Source: an uncultured Actinomycetaceae bacterium (GTDB taxonomy: Bacteria > Actinomycetota > Actinomycetes > Actinomycetales > Actinomycetaceae). From it: DNA of 47,029 bases. The stretch spans positions 1-47,029 of the forward strand of contig CAUTGT010000001.1 of NCBI GenBank assembly GCA_963537735.1, written 5' to 3'. Under the pieces are notes generated by a model. It was not told the DNA's origin. It did no database searches and saw nothing but the letters and a program-made list of their open reading frames with translations. Shown piece after piece: positions 43,737 through 47,029 of the stretch. The position numbers were made by a program, and so were the translations under genes. Positions within the stretch are counted from its first letter, which is position 1. Every line of letters begins with the position of its first letter.

Positions 43737-44900
43737 TCATATGCCGAGTTGTGGGGTCGATCCCCCCATGGCCACACTCATGGCTTCGGCGGCGCCCGCG
43801 TACGCATCGGGCGCGAGGTGACCATATACGTCAACGGTCGTCTGAATGGATTCGTGGCCCATGCGACGCTGAACCACGGGCAGGGGGACGCCGGCGGCGA
43901 TCAGCGCCGACGCGTGCGAGTGCCTGAGATCGTGCACGCGCGGACGCGGCGACAGACCCGCCGCATCACACGCGGGCCGCCAAATGTGATTATGGAACGG
44001 CGCCGACGTGATCGGCCCGCCCCTGCGCGCCGTGAATACCAGCTCGTCCGCCGCCTTACCCGCGAGCGCGGCGCGCAGCTCAGGGATCACGGGTGCGGGG
44101 ATGGTGACTGTTCGTCGGGAGCGCTTGGTTTTCGGGGCCCCTAGGTAGCGGGTGCCGTTTTCGCCGGCCTTCCAGGCCTTGTTGATACGGGCGACGGGTT
44201 GTGCGACGTCGAGGTCGATGTCGGCGACCGTGAGGGCGGTTGCCTCTCCGAAGCGCAGGCCGAGGCCGTACATGGTGGTGACGAAGGGCTGGTAATCGGT
44301 GGGGATCTGTGCGTGGAGGCGGGCGAACTCGTCGGGTGTTAGGAAGCGCATTTCGCGGGTGGTCGCGTCTTTGGGGAGGGGGACGGCCTTCGCGGCGTTG
44401 CGGGGGATCACGTCCTCGTTGACGAGGCGTTGCAGTGCGGCGGACAGAAGGGCCTGCGCGTTACGGATGGTCTTTGCCGACGGTGGTCGCCCGGCGGTGG
44501 CCCCTCGCGTGACGGGCGTGCGGCGCAGTTCGGCGATCCACTTCGTGACCGTGTGCCGGGTGAGCATGTCGACGGGGATTAGGCCGAGGTGCGGTTCGAT
44601 ACGGTCTCGTACGATCTGCCTGTAGCGGCTGATTGTGCCCGGCGTTGCGGATGCGGCTAGGGCTTCGAGGTGGTGTTCGAGGGCCGCGGCGACGGTGGGC
44701 GTGTCTGTGGCTGCGAGGTCGTCGAGGCTGCGCAGCTCGCGGGCGGCTGCCCCGCCGATGCGGTCGACGAGGTCGGCGAAGCGCTGGGCGCTCGCGGCGT
44801 CGTAGAAGGTTTCAACGACGGGGTTGCGGCCACCGGCGCGGTAGCGGACGCGGTATACGACGGTGCCGTCACGGTGTGTCACTGCCTTGACAGATGCCAT
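43737..44900 (-). CDS. int: Tyrosine integrase (387 aa)
   Basis: GLRFGE (R), PKT (K), HDLRH, MGH, DVYGH (Y); start MASVK at 44900. Confidence 0.93.
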   Translation of the reverse strand: MASVKAVTHRDGTVVYRVRYRAGGRNPVVETFYDAASAQRFADLVDRIGGAAARELRSLDDLAATDTPTVAAALEHHLEALAASATPGTISRYRQIVRDRIEPHLGLIPVDMLTRHTVTKWIAELRRTPVTRGATAGRPPSAKTIRNAQALLSAALQRLVNEDVIPRNAAKAVPLPKDATTREMRFLTPDEFARLHAQIPTDYQPFVTTMYGLGLRFGEATALTVADIDLDVAQPVARINKAWKAGENGTRYLGAPKTKRSRRTVTIPAPVIPELRAALAGKAADELVFTARRGGPITSAPFHNHIWRPACDAAGLSPRPRVHDLRHSHASALIAAGVPLPVVQRRMGHESIQTTVDVYGHLAPDAYAGAAEAMSVAMGGSTPQLGI

Positions 44901-44968
44901 CTTTGCGCCGCCTTGCTTGATCTTGAGCGTGTTTGCTTGATCTTGATTGTACTCCGATAACTTAGCGT

Positions 44969-44992
44969 GCGTGTCACGCAAGCGTGTCACGC
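44969..44992. promoter_or_regulatory. Putative integrase arm-type sites (two GCGTGTCACGC)
   Basis: Direct repeats separated by AA; same unit as 5847-5864. Confidence 0.65.
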
Positions 44993-44995
44993 GGC

Positions 44996-45051
44996 CCCCA
45001 CACCCTCAGTTTACCGCAGAATAGTGCGGTTTTTGTTCTGAGGGTGTGGGG
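44996..45051. terminator. Nested hairpin abutting the attR core
   Basis: Outer stem CCCCACACCCTCAG/CTGAGGGTGTGGGG; inner stem ACCGCA/TGCGGT followed by TTTT. Confidence 0.55.
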
Positions 45052-45060
45052 ACCGTGTCT
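45051..45060. repeat. attR core GACCGTGTCT
   Basis: Identical to 5715-5724. Confidence 0.85.
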
Positions 45061-45136
45061 TCCCACCCGCGTATGTCGCGTGATGCGTGCACTCACGTCA
45101 CTGGCTCGGTGCCGCGAGAACCACCATCATCAAGGT

Positions 45137-47029
45137 TCAGCGCTGACGACGCTTAACGGCGATCAGCGAACCACCCGCAAGGGCCACGATTCCGGCAAGA
45201 ACGCCGACGTTCGCAGCGTCAGCACCGGTCTTGGCCAGGCGCGGGGCCGGAGGCGTCGAAGGCGTCGGGGTCGGCTCCGGCTTCGGGGACTCCGAAGGCG
45301 TGGGGGTGGGCTTCGGAGACTCCGAGGGCGTCGGAGTGGGCTCCGGGGTAGGAGTCTCCGAGGGGGTCGGGGTCGGCGTCGGCGTGGGCTCCGGGGTCGG
45401 AGTCGGCGTCGGGGTCGGCGTCGGGGTCGGAGTCGGCGTCGGGGTCGGCGTCGGGGTCGGCGTCGGCGTGGGCTCCGGGGTCGGAGTCGGGGTCGGCGTC
45501 GGGGTCGGCGTCGGAGTGGGCTCCGGGGTCGGGGTCGGCGTCGGCGTGGGAGTCGGCGTCGGAGTAGGCTCCGGGGTCGGAGTCGGCGTCGGAGTAGGCT
45601 CCGGGGTCGGAGTCGGCGTCGGCGTCGGGGTCGGCGTCGGCTTAGGAGTCGGCACCAGCTTGTTGTTCAGGTTGAGAGCAAAGAGCTGATCCTCGCTGAG
45701 CTTGAAGGTCGCCTCGCGGTTGTTGGCCTTGAGGGTGACACCCTGCGCGGTATCGAACACGCGGCTCTCGGCCTCGTTCCAGGTCACGCCATCGGCTGCA
45801 GGGAGGTCGCCCTCGGAGACGGTCACCTCGGTGCCCAGCGGGAGGGCGCCCGGGTAGCTGTAGCTCTTACCGGCCTTGACGGTCGCCTGGTAGGTCTTGT
45901 TGACCGACGGATCGGCATCGTTCTTCAGCGTGATGTTGAGGGTGTACTCGAGGTCCTTCGCGTTGTCGGGGAGCTCGCCGTCGACCTTCTTGGTCACCGA
46001 GAAGGTCTGGTGCGCGAACGCATCCGCAACCGCACCAAAACGCACCACCTTCGTGACGGGGGAAACCTTCTTGCCGGGCACGTTGAACTCCACGGTGTTG
46101 GAGAACTTACCGACGATGTCGGCAGCGCGCTTGGCGCCCTCGACGCGAGTCGGAATCTCGACGATCGCCGACTGGTTCGCAGGAATCTCAGGGAAGGTCA
46201 CGGTCAGCTTCTGGGGCGTGCACTCGACCGTGGACGCAGCACCGAAGGCGCCGTTCGAGGTGTCCTTGCTCTGGCGCTTGCCCTCGGGCGTGGTCGGATC
46301 GACGACGACGAACGTGTGCTTCTTGACGTAGTCCGTCACCGTGGCGCAGTCGTAGCTCCATTTTTCACCGGCGGGAACCTCGTCAACGATCGACGCACCG
46401 GTCACGGCCTTATCACCGGCCGGCAGGATCACACGCCACATGATGGCCTTGTTCTCATCGCCATCCTCACTGTCGTTCAGGCCAATCCAGCCCTCCTTGA
46501 CAGTGCGAGCTTCACCGGTGGGGCGCACGACCATGTTGACCTTGCGCGAGACCACCTTGTTGCCGACCTGCACCACGAAATTCTCGTTGGCGGGGCCGGT
46601 GTACTGAATCGTGGCGCTCGTCGTCACGGAGCCCGCCCACTCGGCGGCCGAGTCGGCGTTCTCGTTAAAGACGACGGTGACGATACCGTCGGTCCCCCAC
46701 GTGCCGCAGCCGATGACAACGCCGGTTGCGGAACGGACGTCAAAGGTACGCTCGGTGGTGGGGCGCAGGATCGGCTGACCCGTGTTCGCCTCGGCGACGG
46801 TCGCGTCGTAGGTGAAGAAGTCGCCGGCCTTCACAGCACCGTTCGTCTTCCACGGCAGTTTGACGCCGACGTCCCACAGGTTCGCGATTGTCTTCGCTTC
46901 TGCACCCTGGGGATTGACCAGCTGCAGGTTATCCCAGTCAAGGTCAACCTTGTTGTTGACGTTCGTCGTGGGGGCGGGGCACGCGAGCGCCGTGGCCGAC
47001 GCCGTGCGGGTCGTCAACAGCTGCAAAGC
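45137..47029 (-). CDS. Host sortase-anchored adhesin / surface protein (5' end outside the window)
   Basis: Beta-rich domains, FSVTKKV domain, long Pro-Thr stalk, RLAKTG + TM + KRRQR. Confidence 0.88.
   Translation of the reverse strand, partial: ALQLLTTRTASATALACPAPTTNVNNKVDLDWDNLQLVNPQGAEAKTIANLWDVGVKLPWKTNGAVKAGDFFTYDATVAEANTGQPILRPTTERTFDVRSATGVVIGCGTWGTDGIVTVVFNENADSAAEWAGSVTTSATIQYTGPANENFVVQVGNKVVSRKVNMVVRPTGEARTVKEGWIGLNDSEDGDENKAIMWRVILPAGDKAVTGASIVDEVPAGEKWSYDCATVTDYVKKHTFVVVDPTTPEGKRQSKDTSNGAFGAASTVECTPQKLTVTFPEIPANQSAIVEIPTRVEGAKRAADIVGKFSNTVEFNVPGKKVSPVTKVVRFGAVADAFAHQTFSVTKKVDGELPDNAKDLEYTLNITLKNDADPSVNKTYQATVKAGKSYSYPGALPLGTEVTVSEGDLPAADGVTWNEAESRVFDTAQGVTLKANNREATFKLSEDQLFALNLNNKLVPTPKPTPTPTPTPTPTPEPTPTPTPTPEPTPTPTPTPTPTPTPEPTPTPTPTPTPTPTPEPTPTPTPTPTPTPTPTPTPTPTPTPTPEPTPTPTPTPSETPTPEPTPTPSESPKPTPTPSESPKPEPTPTPSTPPAPRLAKTGADAANVGVLAGIVALAGGSLIAVKRRQR
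45250..45655 (-). repeat. Degenerate hexamer tandem repeat encoding a (PT)n stalk
   Basis: GTCGGN/GTCGGG units on the plus strand; bounds approximate. Confidence 0.85.

Larger units (their letters stand above)
5715..45060. mobile_element. Integrated temperate siphovirus prophage, apparently intact (predicted excised circle 39,336 bp)
   Basis: Full phage gene order bounded by a 10-bp direct repeat; tyrosine integrase next to attR; arm-type repeats inside both ends. Confidence 0.93.

Noticed and set aside
44901..44990. 30-aa N-terminal extension of the integrase in the track
   Set aside because: Overlaps the arm-type repeats; MASVK at 44900 has an upstream AAGG and resembles a typical integrase start
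45231..45689. Gly-Val repeat ORF, or a possible CRISPR-like array
   Set aside because: Reverse complement of the (PT)n stalk; hexamer repeats without unique spacers, and no cas genes

Overview
High-GC actinobacterial chromosome segment, probably Actinomycetaceae (Schaalia/Actinomyces-like; inferred from gene content only). It carries an apparently complete ~39.3 kb temperate siphovirus prophage between 10-bp att cores (GACCGTGTCT at 5715-5724 and 45051-45060). Host flanks: on the left an ATP-grasp (D-aspartate ligase-like) gene, three tandem Gln/Pro-rich membrane-protein paralogs and a GH13 alpha-glucosidase; on the right a sortase-anchored adhesin. The prophage has immunity (repressor/cro/xis), early, methyltransferase, replication, packaging, head, tail, lysis and integrase modules. 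Most notable observations: (1) two dispersed leftward cassettes share a promoter, an operator and a covarying 5'-UTR hairpin, and one ends in an Aca2-like HTH gene, suggesting a split anti-CRISPR/anti-defence regulon with two unrecognised small proteins; (2) a methyltransferase cluster includes an intact but catalytically dead C5-MTase paralog and a dual-coded alternate-frame ORF; (3) four highly diverged ~65-aa paralogs lie in tandem; (4) two candidate pseudoknot-plus-terminator small RNAs sit next to attL; (5) the phage integrated into the loop of a host terminator hairpin; (6) the phage encodes a LAKTG-anchored adhesin resembling the host gene beside attR. All family assignments come from motif recognition by eye, not from database searches.
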